The translations under genes were made by a program, and so were the position numbers. Under the pieces are notes generated by a model that made no database searches, had not been told where the DNA came from, and saw nothing but the letters and a program-made list of their open reading frames with translations. Positions 15,238 to 31,031 of a stretch of DNA of 64,000 nucleotides are shown here, piece after piece; within the stretch, counting starts at the first letter, position 1; each line of letters begins with the position of its first letter. Origin of the DNA: the human T2T-CHM13v2.0 reference genome, Homo sapiens; assembly GCF_009914755.1 (NCBI RefSeq), contig NC_060937.1. One strand, given 5' to 3'.

Positions 15238-18200
15238 CTTTTGCATGATTAAAAATACCATAAGCAAAGCTGAAAGACAAAAAACTGGGAATAAATATTT
15301 GCATCATATATAATAGCTAATGGGCTAATATCCCCAATTCACTTTTTAAACTTTAAAATTGAGGGAAAATGATCAAAAATCGTATGTTAAATAGGCAGTA
15401 GACATCAACAGATAATTCACAAAAAGGATACAGTATACGAATGGATTTAAAGCAAATGAAAAGATGTTTAATTTCACTCATAATAAATGCAAATTAAAAC
15501 TTTACTGAGTTAGCATTTATCACTTATCAGAAAAAAATAACAAATCAGACCAAAAAACTCAAAAAGTTTCAATATACTTTGCTGGCAACACTGTGGGCAA
15601 ATGGGCACACTCATACATTGTTGGAAGGAAATGCAAAATGGAATAGCCCCTATGGAGGACAATTTGGCAATATCTAAAAAAACTACACGTACATTTACTC
15701 TTCAAATCAGTAAACTCACATCTAGGAATTCACCCTAAAAAAGATACAACTTCAATAACATCAAAATACATGACCACATACATTAAAGCATTAATTATAA
15801 CTGCAAAATATTGGAAACCACCTGTATGTCCAAGCAAAGGGGATTGGTTGCATAAAATATGGAAAATACACACACAAGAGTACCACGCACCTAAAAAGAA
15901 TGAGGAAAATCCTCTGTGAACTAATAATAGATTTCCAGGAGATACTGCCCAGTAAAAAAGAAGAAAAAAAGACAACTTTTAGGTAAATTTATTGAAAACA
16001 AGAAAAAAAATCATATTTTCTTATCATTCCAAAAAAAACCAGAATAACAAACTAGTAAACAATGTAATTCATTACCTACAAAGGATGAGGAGGGAAGGAA
16101 AAATGGGAAAGTGATGCTTCTCTGAATATATCTTTTTGTATAGTTTTGACTTTTGAAAGCATATTTATATCTTACCTGTTCAAAACGATAAAGTTAAATC
16201 AATAAGATTAGAAACTGGGGGGAAAAAACTCAAATTGAAAGCAATTTCAAACAAATGAACCTAACTGTATTTCAAATAAATAACATAACCACAGCAAAGG
16301 GAAAAACAATAAAAAGAGAACTAGTGCAAGTAACTTATGAATACAGTATAGCAAAGTATTTGACCATATATCCTCAGTCTGGGGAGGGTAGAATATGGGA
16401 CAAGGGAAAGAAGCAAAAACAAATCCTAAACGCTTCTTAATAGGCTTCGTTTTATAGTGATATAGCAAAACGGTTCTGTAACTACTGTGGATGTATTATT
16501 GAACTGAGCAAAAGAGTGAATATGTTGATACTGTAGATATATAGGATTTCATCATGGAATAGATATCAAATGGGAGACAGCAAGAAAAATCCCTGTTGAT
16601 ATAGATTGAAATTAGAGTATTGGTGTGAGTTCATGATTTCTAAAATAAGTATACACACACACAGGGTGTATATACATCTGCATGTGCATACACATACATA
16701 CACGTGTGTGAATATTATACATGCATTAATTTACTAGTTCTGTCTGCTAAAGGGCCAAGAAGCAGTGACATCCCAGTAGAAATGAGTACACTTACAGCCC
16801 AGATCTTGGTCTCTAGTACTACTTCCCACTAAAGGAAACAGGGATCCTGGGAGAAACTTCTGATTCCATGGATAGAACAAAGTAAGCCTAAGAAGAAAGT
16901 GCTTTAAAAAAAAAAGATGAGGCATATCATGAAGACATAGAAGCCAGCTTGAAGGGGTTTCCATTGGTCAAATCTGGTGTAAACTGAGCACCAAAATAGT
17001 TTAAAATAGTAATGAGGTAGGGAAAAATGGTGAATAGGGGGCAGGACTAATTTGCAGCTCCCACCTGGATGAAAACAGAAGCATGTGGAGACTCACATTG
17101 TGAATTTTTACTGCAAGAAATACTGCAGAAATATACCAGGAAGACCAAGAGAATCCACAGACCCTTTAAAGGAAGTGGCTTGCTTCTGCAGGCTCCATGA
17201 GACAGCCAAAAAACTGTGAGTCCTCAAAGTGTGAAGGGAGACTGTCCACCCCTGAACACACATCCTCACTGGAGAACCTGAAAGTCCAGATCATGGGAGA
17301 AGGATTAGACCTAACCTGGAGCTGAGACAAATTTCGAGAGTTGAGCAAAATATAGGGGTAAAGGAAGCAGCAGGAAGAGCCCTGTGGGCACTTCCAATCC
17401 CCAGGGAAGCCATTTCCGACTTTGTCTTGCAGGGATCCTTGAGGAGGGCTGCTAGTGGAATTGGGGAAAGGTCATAGGGAGAAAGAAACTTCCAGCTGAA
17501 CTCTGTTAACAAGTTAACAATTTCAACTGAATGCAAAGTTTCCCGGACAGAATCTGGGAGAGAGGGTAAACCGGGAGAGCAGGTACCAGCACAGAAGCCA
17601 TGGCAGCCAAGGAGTGGTGAAACCCAAAAGCCCTGCTTGCTTTCTCAGCAGGGAGGTTTGTAACCTGAGGCAAGTTCTCAGCCCTGCTTATATGCTGCCT
17701 GGAAATAAACTCAGTGCTGTTGAGGGGGCACAGTGGGAGTGAGACTGGCCTTTCCAGCTGTGTGAGACCTGGGTGAGGCTTTCCCCCATTTCCCTGGGGA
17801 CCTGTAAGAAGCAGCAGAGGCAGCCATAATCCCCCTGGGACCATGACTCCATCAGCCTAAGAACCACACCCCATCCCCCTCACTGGCACAGCAAGTTCCA
17901 CCCAAAGACGGTCTGAACTCAGACACCCCTAACCCTGCCCCCACCTGATGGTCTTTCTCTAGCCACCCTGGTAGCCAAAGACAAAGGACATAATCTCTTG
18001 GGAGCTCTATGGTCCCACCCACCACCTGAGGAACAGGAAAACTTATCCAGGCAAGCTTAGGCAAGCTTGTATCCTCCCTATACTACCATAGCTGGTGCTC
18101 TCTTGAAAGCGCCACCTTCTAGCTGGAGACCAACGAACACAAAACCAGCACGCTAAACAAAACTGCAACCAAGGACCCTCACAGAGTCCACTTCACTCCC

Positions 18201-19717
18201 CCACTACCTCCATCAGAGCAGGTGCAGGTATCCACAGTTGAGAGACCTGAAGATAGTTCACATCATGGGCCTCTTCGCAGACACCCTCCAGTACCAGCCC
18301 AAAGCCCAGTAGCTCTGCTGGGTGACTAGACCCAGAAGAGACATAACAATCACTGCAGTTAGGCTCTCAGAAAGCCACATCCCTAGCAGAATGGGGAGAG
18401 CACCACATCAAGTGAGCATCCTGTTGAACAACAGAATTTGATCAGCAGCGCTTGAGCCCCAGATCTTCCCTGTGACATAATGTAACCCAATGAGAAGGAA
18501 CCAGAAAAACAATTCTGATAATATGACAAAACAAGGTTCTTTACCACCCCCGAAAGATCACACTAGGTCACCAGCAATGAATCCAAACCAAGATGAAATC
18601 TCTGGATTGCCAGAAAAAGAATTCAAAAAGTCAATTGTTAAGCTAACCAAGGAGGCACCAGAGAAAGAAGAAATCCAACTTAAATCCAAAAAGTGATATA
18701 GGATATGAATGAAAAATCTCCAGTGAAAGAGATACCATAAATAAAAAACAATCACAACTTCTGAAAATGAAGGACACACTTAGAGAAATGCAAAACTCAC
18801 TGGAAAGTCTCAGCAATAGAATCAAACAAGTAGAAGAAAGAACTTCAGAGCTTGAAGACAAGGCTTTTGAGTTAGCCCAATCTGACAAAGACAAAGAAAA
18901 AAGAATTTTAAAAAATAAACAAAGCCTCCAAAAAGTTTTGGATTATGTTAAACAACCAAATCTAAGAATAATTGGTGTTCCCGAGGAAGAAGAGAAATGT
19001 AAAAGTTTGGAGAACACATTTGAAGGAATAATCAAGGAAAACTTCCCTTGTCTTGCTAGTGATCTAGACATGCAGATATTAATACCAGAAGCTCAAAGAA
19101 CACCCAGGAAATTCACCACAAAAAGATCATTGCCTGGGCACATAGTCATCAGATTATCTAAAGTCAAGACAAAGGAAAGAATCTTAAGAGCTGTGAGGCA
19201 AAAGCATCTGGTAACCTATAAAGGAAAACCTATCAGATTAACAGCAGATTTCTCAGCAGAAACCCTATAAGCTAGAAGGGATCAGGATCCTACCTTTAGA
19301 CTCCTTAAACATAACAATTTCCAGCCAAGAGTTTTGTATCCAGCAAAACTAAGCTTCATAAATGAAGGAAAAATCGTTCTTTTTAGACAAAAAAGCGCTG
19401 AGAGAACTCACCTCCACTAAGCCTGCACTACAAGAAATGCTAAAAGGAGTTCTAAATCTTTAAAGAAATCCTCAAAATACACCAAAATAGAACCTCCTTA
19501 AAGCATAAGTCTCACAGGACCTATAAAATCATAACACGATGGAAGAAAAAAAACACAAGGTATTCAGGCAACAATTAGCACAACAAATAGAATACTACCT
19601 CACATCTCAGTACAAACATTGAATGTAAATGGCCTAAATACTCCACTTAAAAGATACAGAATGGCAGAATGGCTAAGAACTCACCAAGTATCTGCTGTCT
19701 TCAAGAGACTCATTTCT

Positions 19718-20014
<297 letters not shown>

Positions 20015-20030
20015 AAGAGACTCATTTCTA

Positions 20031-20334
<304 letters not shown>

Positions 20335-22168
20335 GGGGGGTGTGGAAAAAGATATTCCATGCAAATGGACACTAAAAGTATGTAAGAGTAACTATTCTTA
20401 TATCATACAAAACAGACTTTAAAACAACAACAGTTAAAAAAAGATGAAGAGGCACATTACATAATGATAAAAGGACTAGTCCAACAGGAAAATAGCACAA
20501 TCCTGAATATATATGCACCTAGGACTGAAGCTTGCAAATTTATAAAAACAGTTACTACGAGACCTAAGAAATGAGATAGATGGCAACACATAATAGTTGG
20601 GGACTTCAATACTTCACTAATAGCACTAGACAGGTCATCAAGACAGAAAGTCAACAAAGAAACAATGAACTTAACTACACCCTAGGACAAATGGACTTAA
20701 CAGGTATTTACAGTACATTCTACCCAACAACAGCAGAATATACATTCTATTCCTCAGCACACGAAACATTCTCCAAGATAGACCATATGATAGGCCACTT
20801 TTCAAGTCTCAATAAATTTTAGAAAATCAAAATTGTATCAAGTACTCTCTCAGACCACAGTGGAATAAAATTGAAAATTAACTCCAAAAGGAACCCTCAA
20901 AACCATGCAAATACATGGAAATTAAACAACCTGCTCCTGAATGATCATTGGGTTAACAATGAAATCAAGAAGGAAATTTAAAAATTCTTTGAACTGGACA
21001 ATAATAGTGACACAACCTATCAAAACCTCTGGGATACAGAAAAGCAGTGCTAAGAGGGAAGTTCATAGCATTAAATACCTACATAAAGCAATCTGAAAGA
21101 GCACAAATAGACAATCAAAGGTCGCACCTCAAGGAACTAAAGAAATGAGAACAAAGCAAACTCAAACCCAGCAGAAGAAAAGAAATAACAAAGATCAAAG
21201 CATAACTAAGTTAAATTGAAACAAACAAACAAACAAAAAACAATGCCAAAGATAAATGAAACAAAAAGCTGGTTCTTTGAAAAGAAACTGGAAAACCTAA
21301 AGGAGATGGATAAATTCCTGGAAATATACAAACCTCCTCGATTAAACCATGAATAGAAACTCTGAACAGACCAAGAACAAGCAGCAAGATTGAAATGGTA
21401 ATTTTAAAATTGCCAACAACAAAAAAAGTCCAGGACCAGACAGATTCATAGCTGAATCCTATCAGACATTCAAAGACAAATCAGTACCGATCCTATTGAC
21501 ACTATTCCAAAAGATACAGAAAGAGGAAATCCTCCCGAAATCATTCTATGAAGCCAGTGTCACCCTAATACCAAAATAAGGAATGGATATAACAGAAAAG
21601 GAAAACTACAAACCAATATCCCTGATGAACATAGATGCAAAAATCCTCAACAAAATACTAGCTAACTGAATCCAACAGCATATCAAAAAGATAATCCACC
21701 ACAATCAAGTGGGTTTCATACTAGCGATGCAGGGATGGTTTAACATATGCAAGTCAATAAACGTGATACACTACATAAACAGAATTTAAAACAAAAATCA
21801 CATGATCAACTCAATAGACACAGAAAATCACTTAACAAAATCCACCATCCCTTTAACATTTAAACCCTCAGCAAAATGGGTATAGAAGGGACATACCTAA
21901 ATGTAATAAAAGGCATTTATGACAAACCCACAGCCAACATAATACTGAATGGGGAAAAATTGAAAGCATTGCCCTTGAAAACTGGAACAAGACAAGGATA
22001 CCCACTTTCACCACTTCTATTCAACATAATACTGGAAGTCCTAGTCACAGCAACCAGAAAAGAGAAAGAAATAAAGGGCATTCGAATTAGAAAAGAGGAA
22101 GTCAAACTGCCAATATGATTGTATACCTAGAAAACTCTAAAGACTCGTCCAAAAAGCTTCTAGAACTG

Positions 22169-22497
<329 letters not shown>

Positions 22498-23114
22498 TCA
22501 GTATACAAAATTAATATACAAATCAGTAGCATTGCTATACACAAACAGCAACCAAGCTGACAATCAAATCAAGAACTCAACCCCTTTTACTATAGCTGCA
22601 AAGAAAAATAAAATACTTAGAAATATACCTAACCAAGGAGGTGAAAGACCTCTACAAGGAAAACTACAAAACACTGCTGAAAGAAATTACAAATGACAAA
22701 AAAAAAAAATGGAAACACATCCCATGCTCATGGATGGGTAGAATCAACACTGTGAAAATGACCATACTGCCAAAAGCAGTCTACAAATTCAATACAATTC
22801 CCATCAAAATACCACCATTATTCTTCACAGAACTGGAAAAAACAATCCTAAAATTCATATGGAACCAAAAAAAGAAAAAAAAAAAAATCCCTGTGTAGCC
22901 AAAGCAAGACTAAGCAAAAAGAACAAATCTGGAGGCAGGCATCACATTACCCAACTTCAAACTAGACTATAAGGCTATAGTCACCAAAAAAGCATGGTAC
23001 TGGTATAAAAATAGGCACATAGACCAATAGAACAGAACAGACAACCCACAAAATCAAGCCAAATACTTACAGACAACTCATCTTTGACAAAGCAAACAAA
23101 AACATAAAGTATTT

Positions 23115-23502
<388 letters not shown>

Positions 23503-23785
23503 TTATACAAAAATCAACTCAAGATAGATCAAAGGCTTAAATTTAAGACGTGAAAACATAAAAATTCTAGAAGATAACATTGGAAAAAACCTTCTAGACA
23601 TTGTCTTAGGCAAAGACTTCATGACCAAGAACCCAAAAGCAAATGCAACAAAAAACAAGGATAAATAGGTGGGACTCAATTAAACTAAAAATCTTCTGCA
23701 CAACCAAAGAAATAATCAACAGACTAAACAGACAACCCACAGAATGGGAGAAAATATTCACAAAGTATGCATCCAACAAAGGACT

Positions 23786-24011
<226 letters not shown>

Positions 24012-25070
24012 CTACAAGGAACTCAAATCGGCAAGAAAAAAGAACAGTTCCATCAAAAACTGGGCTAAGGACACGAGCAGACAATTCTCAACAGAGGATA
24101 TACAAATGGCCAACAAACATATGAAAAAATGCTCAACATCACTAATTATCAGGGAAATGCAAATCAAAACCACAATGTGATACCACCTTACTCCTGACTC
24201 CTGCAAGAAAGGCCTTAATTAAAAACTCTAAAAATAATAGATGGTGGTGTGGATCTGGTGAAAGGGGAACACTTTTACATTTTTGGTGGGAATGTAAACT
24301 AGTACAACCACTATGGAAAACAGTTGGGAGATTCCTTAAAGAAATAAAAGTAGATCTACCATTTGATGCAGCAGTCCCACTCTCGGGTGCCTACCAAAAG
24401 GAAAAGAAGTCATTATATGAAAAAGATACTTGCACACGCATGTTTTACACTCACAATTTGCCCTTGCAAAAACATGGAACCAGCCCAAATGTCCATCAAT
24501 CAATGAGTGGATAAAGAAAATGTGGTATAAATATACCATGGAACTCTACTCAGCCATAAAGGAATGAAATAATGGCATTTGCAGCAACCTGGATGGAATT
24601 GGAGACCATTATTCTAAGTGAAGTAACTCAGGAATGGGAACCCAAACATCGTATGTTCTGACTCATATGTGGGAGCTAAGTTATGAGGACACAAAGACCT
24701 AAGAATGATACAGTGGAGTTTGTGAAAGGTTGGGAGGGGAGTGAGGGATAGATACAATGGACTTTGGGGACTCAGCAGAATGGGTGGGAGGGGAGTGAGG
24801 GATAAAGGACTACATATTGGGTTCAGTGTACACTGCTTGGGTGATAGGTGCACCAAAATCTCAGAAATCACCACTAAAGAACTTATCCATGTAACCAAAC
24901 ACCACCTGTTCCCCTCCACCAAAAAAAAAAAAAACCATTAAAATTAAAAAAAAAAAATTAAGACAGATGGGAAAAACAAAAAAAGTAAAAAGTAAAATAG
25001 TAGTGAATTGTAAACCATTGAAAAACAGGAATTCACGAGTCCAAGCAAGAGATGGCTCCTGCTTGTAGTA

Positions 25071-25448
25071 TTAGGTTGGTGCAAAACTAATTGTGGTTGG
25101 CCAGGCGTGGTGGCTCACGCCTGTAATCCCAGCACTTTGGGAGGTCAAGGCGGGCGGATCACGAGGTCAGGAGATCAAGACCATCCTGGCTAACACGGTG
25201 AAACCTCGTCTCTACTAAAAATACAAAAAATTAGCCGGGCATGGTGGCGGGTGCCTGTAGTCCCAGCTACTCAGGAGGCTGAGGCAGGAGAATGGCGTGA
25301 ACCCAGGAGGTGGAGTTGGCAGTGAGCCGAGATCGTGTCACTGCACTCCAGCCTGGGCGACAGAGCGAGACTCCGTCTCAAAAAAAAAAAAAAGTAATTG
25401 TGGTTTTTGCCATTACTTTCAATGGCAATTACTTTTGCACCAACCTAA
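25071..25448. mobile_element. MADE1 (Hsmar1 mariner MITE) interrupted by AluY
   Basis: TIRs ttaggttggtgcaaaa (25071) and ttttgcaccaacctaa (ends 25448); TA on the left. Confidence 0.9.
25099..25389 (+). mobile_element. AluY
   Basis: 16-bp TSD aaaa(c/g)taattgtggtt (25083-25098, 25390-25405). Confidence 0.93.
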
Positions 25449-28400
25449 CAGAATGCTGAGGGGTGACTAGTCAATGCAGAACAAATTGGAAAAAATCATC
25501 ATTTGGGGGCTATCACTGTGATGTCTGGATAAAGCAAGAAACATCAATGGATGCTAAAACCAAGGGGGAATTTTTAATGAGCACAATATTTGGCTGGTCT
25601 TAAAAGTGTCTCCCTACAGAATGCATATTAATTACAAAGAAAAAAGAAGAGAGGTAATGGTAATGTGTAATTGTAAGTGTAAATGTATTACAGTGGAGAA
25701 ATGGAGGAAAACTTTGACAAAGTAATTGAAATGATCACCAGTGAGGGCCAGACAGATACCATGCACTTGTCAATGCGCTGAGAGCACAAAATGAATGACA
25801 CAGTGCTCTTTCAAGCCAAGAATGCAGAATCTGTATCTAATCATAAGAAAAAAACTAGATCAATATAAAATTTAAAACATTAAAGTTTGTTAAAGGCTGT
25901 GGAAATGTTTCAGGTTAAAAAAAGCCTGAGACATGACAACTACATGCAATACCTAACCCTAGACTGAATCCTGCACTGGAGGGAGAAATGCCACAAAAGA
26001 CATTATGAGGTCAACTGACAAAACTGGAATATAGATGGTAAAGAATTCTATCAATGTGCATGTCTCACACCGACAACAGTACTAATGTTATATAAATGAA
26101 TATTCTGTTATTTGAGAAGTTTATAAATAGTTTCTTCTATTGACATTATGCAGAATTGCAGTATCATCCACAATGTGAGTACAGTAACTGAAACACAAAG
26201 GAGAAAGCAAGGCAGTGGCGTCAGGGTAAGGTTCAATGCGTGGCCTGACAAAGCCCAAGAGTTCTCTCCTTTAGTATGCATCTCCTACAAGCAAATAATA
26301 TCAGTTCATTGTTTGAAGGAGAGTAGCCTATGCAGGATTCATTTATTGTTCAGGTGTCTTTTCCAAAGTATGATAAAACAGGAGTAAGTTCAACAATGAA
26401 TATCTGCAATCCAAACCAATTTAGCTATAATCAAGGATATCTGTCTTATCTATTATCACAAACATCCCTGTTGCCTCCATCTGTCTTAAAAGAGTTTTTC
26501 AAAAGTAAAGACACAATTAATTATACCTTATTAATTTCCTCAAAAACAAATAAAAAAATGTGCGTACCACTCAGCATACAAAAGTTACACATTAAACGTG
26601 CATATATATACATATATATCTCTTTCTTAATTGGCCCAGTCATGAAATTTACATTATTTACATTTGGCCATCCTCACTTTTAACATGTACAGAATTCTTC
26701 ATGTAAATGTAGATGACCATACAATTTTTTAAAAAATTACTTCCATATAGTACATGCTTCCTTCATGAAATCCTAACCTCAGTTCTCTATATTGTAAACT
26801 TGGATAAACCCACAGTTTTTTGGACAGCTAACATACAAGCATCACAAATTTTACTAAAAATTTGGGCCAACTCATTGTACATTTGCCCCCTGAAATGAAA
26901 AATACACTAGAATTAAAGCAGTATATTGCCATAACTGACCTTAAGGGTAAGGAGATTCTCCTATATTTATAGACTAAGACTGGAGACATGACTGGTAATC
27001 TCCAATAAGAGTGCTTTTAAAGATAATCTAATTTTAAGCTTTGAGGTAGCATAGGATGAACCCTATAAAATTCATTTTTCTTTTCTCAAAATAATGGAAG
27101 AGCCTTTTAAAACCTAATATCTCATCAATATTACCGCATTATAGAGCTAATGCAATCCTGATAGCTTGATCAAAAAGACAAAATACAATAGAAAAATTAA
27201 GGTATTATATGAAGGAGAGAAGACATTGAAGATAATTTAAGGCCTTGAAGTGAATTAATCAGTTTAATTTAAAGCTGAAGAATAAATCATAAATTATTCA
27301 CCTGAAATGCAAGCAGTATGCTTTTTCAGCTTCTGTTCTGTGGATAAAACAATAGAAGAGAATATTCTTATCCTTAAGAAATACTCAAAGCATTTAGGGA
27401 GAAAGAGCCATGATATATGTAGCTTACTCTCAATTGGTTCAAAAAACATCATGAAGAAAGAAAGAGAAAGAGAGAGCAAAAGATTAAGCAAATGGAGTGA
27501 AATGTTAAGAATAGGCAAATTTGGGTGAAGGATACATGACTATTCCTTGTACTATTTTTATTTTAGCAACTTCTAGTAAGTTTGGAATTATTTCCAAATA
27601 AATTTTTAAGTCTTTTAATACTAATATTCCAGGCCAGATTAAACAAAAGATTCAACCAATGAAATACTAACCAATAATTCCTTTGTGCTGTCAAATTGAA
27701 GACGTACAGTTTGTTGGGCCACTTGTGGTTTTCACAGGTCATTTCCCATGTATTTGGCAGCTAGTGGATTTATTTGCCACCATTAGATGTAGAAAATCTA
27801 AAGTACCTTTGGAAGACAAGGTTGAAGCTCAGAAGAAATGATTAAGACTCCAAGTCCCACAACAAGTGGTTACAAAACAAATTTAAATTCACCTTACAGG
27901 TGTGAAGTGTAGAAGTAAGTGTCCTTTCTCTATTATGCTGTCATTCAAGAATAACTACTCATAAAGATCCTTTGAGCCCTGGGCCCTACTGGCTGCCTGG
28001 AAACTCAGAAATGAATGGAGGAACACCACTACCTTCATATTTCATCACCTAGTCCTCCTCCCTGCTTCTATCCTAATGTTCCATTTCTAGGCTAGTGTCC
28101 CTGGGCACATGGTACCTGCTCACAAGCCACAGTATCTCACCTCTCCACGTGTGCTCAGTCCCTCCAGCCTACCTGTCCCCACCTGGTAGATTCCTACTCC
28201 TGCTTCAAGATCTGGCTTTGAAAGCCTTCCCTCTCTCCACACCATCTCTTCTCCCTCAGCACCCTGAATATACCATTGTGAAAGCTACAGTCTAGTAAAA
28301 GGGCAGCGTGTTTTTCCTGTATTTCCCTCAAAGCTCCTTAAAGGGCAGAAATCATGCCTCAGTCATCTTTGCACTCCCTATTTCCAACTAAGTGTCTATT

Positions 28401-29083
28401 TTGTTTAACCAAATGGAACTGCAAGTCTTTTGCTGTAGCCACCAAAAGTCCTTTTGTTGAAAGAAGAATATAAATAAAACTGAAATATGAAATAGATTGA
28501 GTTACGAGGTAAGCAGTAGCTCTACCTCTCAGAGAAAGAAACGATCCCTCCTGCAGACGCCCTTTTGCTGGATCTTAGGTGTGTCACCATAGAAAATAAG
28601 GACAGAACCTTTAACCCATAAAGAACTATTTGGTTTAAGTTGAGGAAAATAAATCTCTGATGCTGTCTTTCAGGGTGATAGAGATTTCCATATGAGAAAA
28701 AGCAGCTAATTCCTGGGCAGTTAATAATAGCACTATCTTGTCTAAAAACGGCAAAAGCAGTATCCTGGCCAATGCCGACCTAAGGTGACAGCTTATAGTA
28801 AAATGAAAGCAAATTGTAAGCACAAATCTTACTCTGCATAAGTTATTTACTACCCAGATATGTATTCTTTGCTGATTAAAGGTACAGCATCAGTGAACTA
28901 CTGGAGTTATTTTTAGCCAGAGACAGAAGAGATTTTTTAATCCTTGAAAATTAAGGGGCAAGATGTTCCTTACACTATGCTGCCTCTAGGGAGTTCATGT
29001 CTCATTCCTTCTCATAAGGTCTGATATTCTTTCTACTCCCATGCAACATTAACAGCTTTTCTGGAATATGATTATAACAGCAC

Positions 29084-29512
29084 TATCTTAGTCCATTTGT
29101 GTCGCTATAAAGGAATACCTGAGACTGGGTGATTTATAAAGAAAAGAGGTTTATTTGGCTCATGGTTTTGCAGGCTATACAAGAAGCATGGAGCCAGCAT
29201 CTGCTTTTGGTGAGGGCCTCAGACTGCTTCCACTCATGCTGGAAGGTGAATAGGGGCTGCATATGCAGAAAGCACATGGCAAGAATGAAGCCAAAAGAGA
29301 GAAGGGAGGTGCCAGACATTTTTTAACAACAAGCTCTCAGGCTCTCACAGGAACTTATAGAGTGGGAACTCATTCATTACCTCAAGGATAGTACCAAGTC
29401 ATTCATGAGAGATTCCTCCAAGACCCAAATACTTCCCACGAGGCCCCACCTCCAACCCTGAAGATCAAATTTCAACTTGAGGTTTAGAGGGTCAGATATC
29501 CAAGCTATAGCA
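29084..29512 (-). mobile_element. MST(B)-like MaLR solo LTR
   Basis: tcttagtccatttgtgtcgctataaaggaatacctgagactggg...atccaagctatagca; flanked by (a)gcac. Confidence 0.85.
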
Positions 29513-30127
29513 GCACCATCCCATTATACATTTGGTATCTATGTCCTAAACCAAAACTCCCTCCAGCTTTACTGTAGTTTACTAAGTTGTATATTATACT
29601 TTATGTGGGATTTTCTCACTGCCCCCTAACATGGAGCATAGAATCTACTGCTGGAGCAATTTCCTCCAAATACTTTTCAATTTGGTGGCTTAATGGGTAT
29701 GCTTATTGCACCTCCTCTGCAGACTCAGAGGTACTTGGAGTCTGGCCACTGCTCGTGCCAATGACAAAGAATGCTTTAGCTCTGAAGTCAGAGCTCAGAC
29801 CATGAGAGTAAAACCTATGTATTAGCAGAAGAGAAAAGCAAAAAGAAAAACAAAGAATAGAAAAGAAAGGCAGGGAAATGAAGGGAAGCAGGGAAGAGGA
29901 ATAAGTGAAACGAATCCCAGGAGTGGTAAGGCACAGTGGGCGCCACCAGGAACTGCCCTCCGATCTAGTTCTCCTAACATGCAGAAAAGGATCCTTTGTA
30001 GATTGAACTCACTATTCTTCCAGCAACAACTATCTGATGTCAGAAATTCTAAAGCCTAACATCACTTCCACTTTAAGACCAGCAAGGTATGGAGGAGGTG
30101 GGTAGTAATAGAGTATGAAGAACATGA

Positions 30128-30290
30128 GGCTGGGCACTGTGGCTTACACCTGTAATCCCAGCATTTCGGGATGCTGAGACAGGAGGATGGCTTGAACTCA
30201 GGAGTTCTAGACCAGCCTGGGCAATATAGCAAGATCCTGTCTCTACAAAAAAATACAAAAAAAAAAAAAAAGAAAGAAAGAAACAAAAAA
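30128..30290 (+). mobile_element. FLAM/Alu left monomer with A-rich tail
   Basis: Left arm only. Confidence 0.82.
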
Positions 30291-30299
30291 CATAAAATT

Positions 30300-30455
30300 T
30301 GAAGGCAGAAGGCCTGGTTCAGGTCATAGGCTATGACACACAGGGTAAGCCACTTCTTAACTTTTTCATCTCAGCGTCCTTATCTGTTAAATGGTGATGA
30401 TAACACCTGGCACACAGGATTGTTGTGAGCATCAAATGACTGCACATGAAAGGGT
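30300..30455 (+). mobile_element. MIR SINE
   Basis: tctcagcgtccttatctgttaaatggtgatgataacacc...ggattgttgtgag. Confidence 0.7.
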
Positions 30456-30649
30456 AAGTTTCTATTTCAACCGTGATGGAGAGATGGTTAACATGCCTGC
30501 ACTTCATAGATTCTGAGAACTAAAGGACAAATACACCCAACAAGCAAAATTCGAGGTGCAATTGCTTTATTAGATGATATCCAAGTACTCGTGTATCTAC
30601 ACATATTTCTCTATATCAGCTAACAAAATGGGGAGCCTTAAAAGAAACA

Positions 30650-30870
30650 CAAGTATTTTTTTCAAATATTTGAAGGGTTCCCAGAAAGAAGGATTAGCTA
30701 TTTCCAAACTGGTTCAAATATAGAACCTTAGTCAGACTAGCAGGTAAAAGCTACAGGGAAAAGGATTTGGGATCAGTATAATAAAGAGCTTTCCAATATT
30801 TCAAACTGTTTAAAAATGAGACAACTCCCTATAAGGAGATGAGTTCTCTGATAGTGAAGATGTTTAAGTT
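30650..30870 (+). mobile_element. L3/CR1 LINE fragment
   Basis: ttcaaatatttgaaggg...gctacaggg...gagctttcc...gagttctctg..tgaagatgtttaag. Confidence 0.55.
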
Positions 30871-31031
30871 GAAAGGAATGACCGACTGTCAGGATATGTT
30901 AAACGTTGGGTGAGGTGCAAGTTGCATGAGGGGAGGGGGTGTGTGTCTGTTTTGTTCACTGCTATTACCCTGTGCCTAGAACAGTGCCTAGCATGTGGAA
31001 GACTCCCAGATACAATAAATAAATGAGCAAA

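Noticed and set aside
26148-26898. Cluster of plus-strand ORFs in the unexplained insert
   Set aside because: No recognisable domain; composition fits AT-rich non-coding DNA
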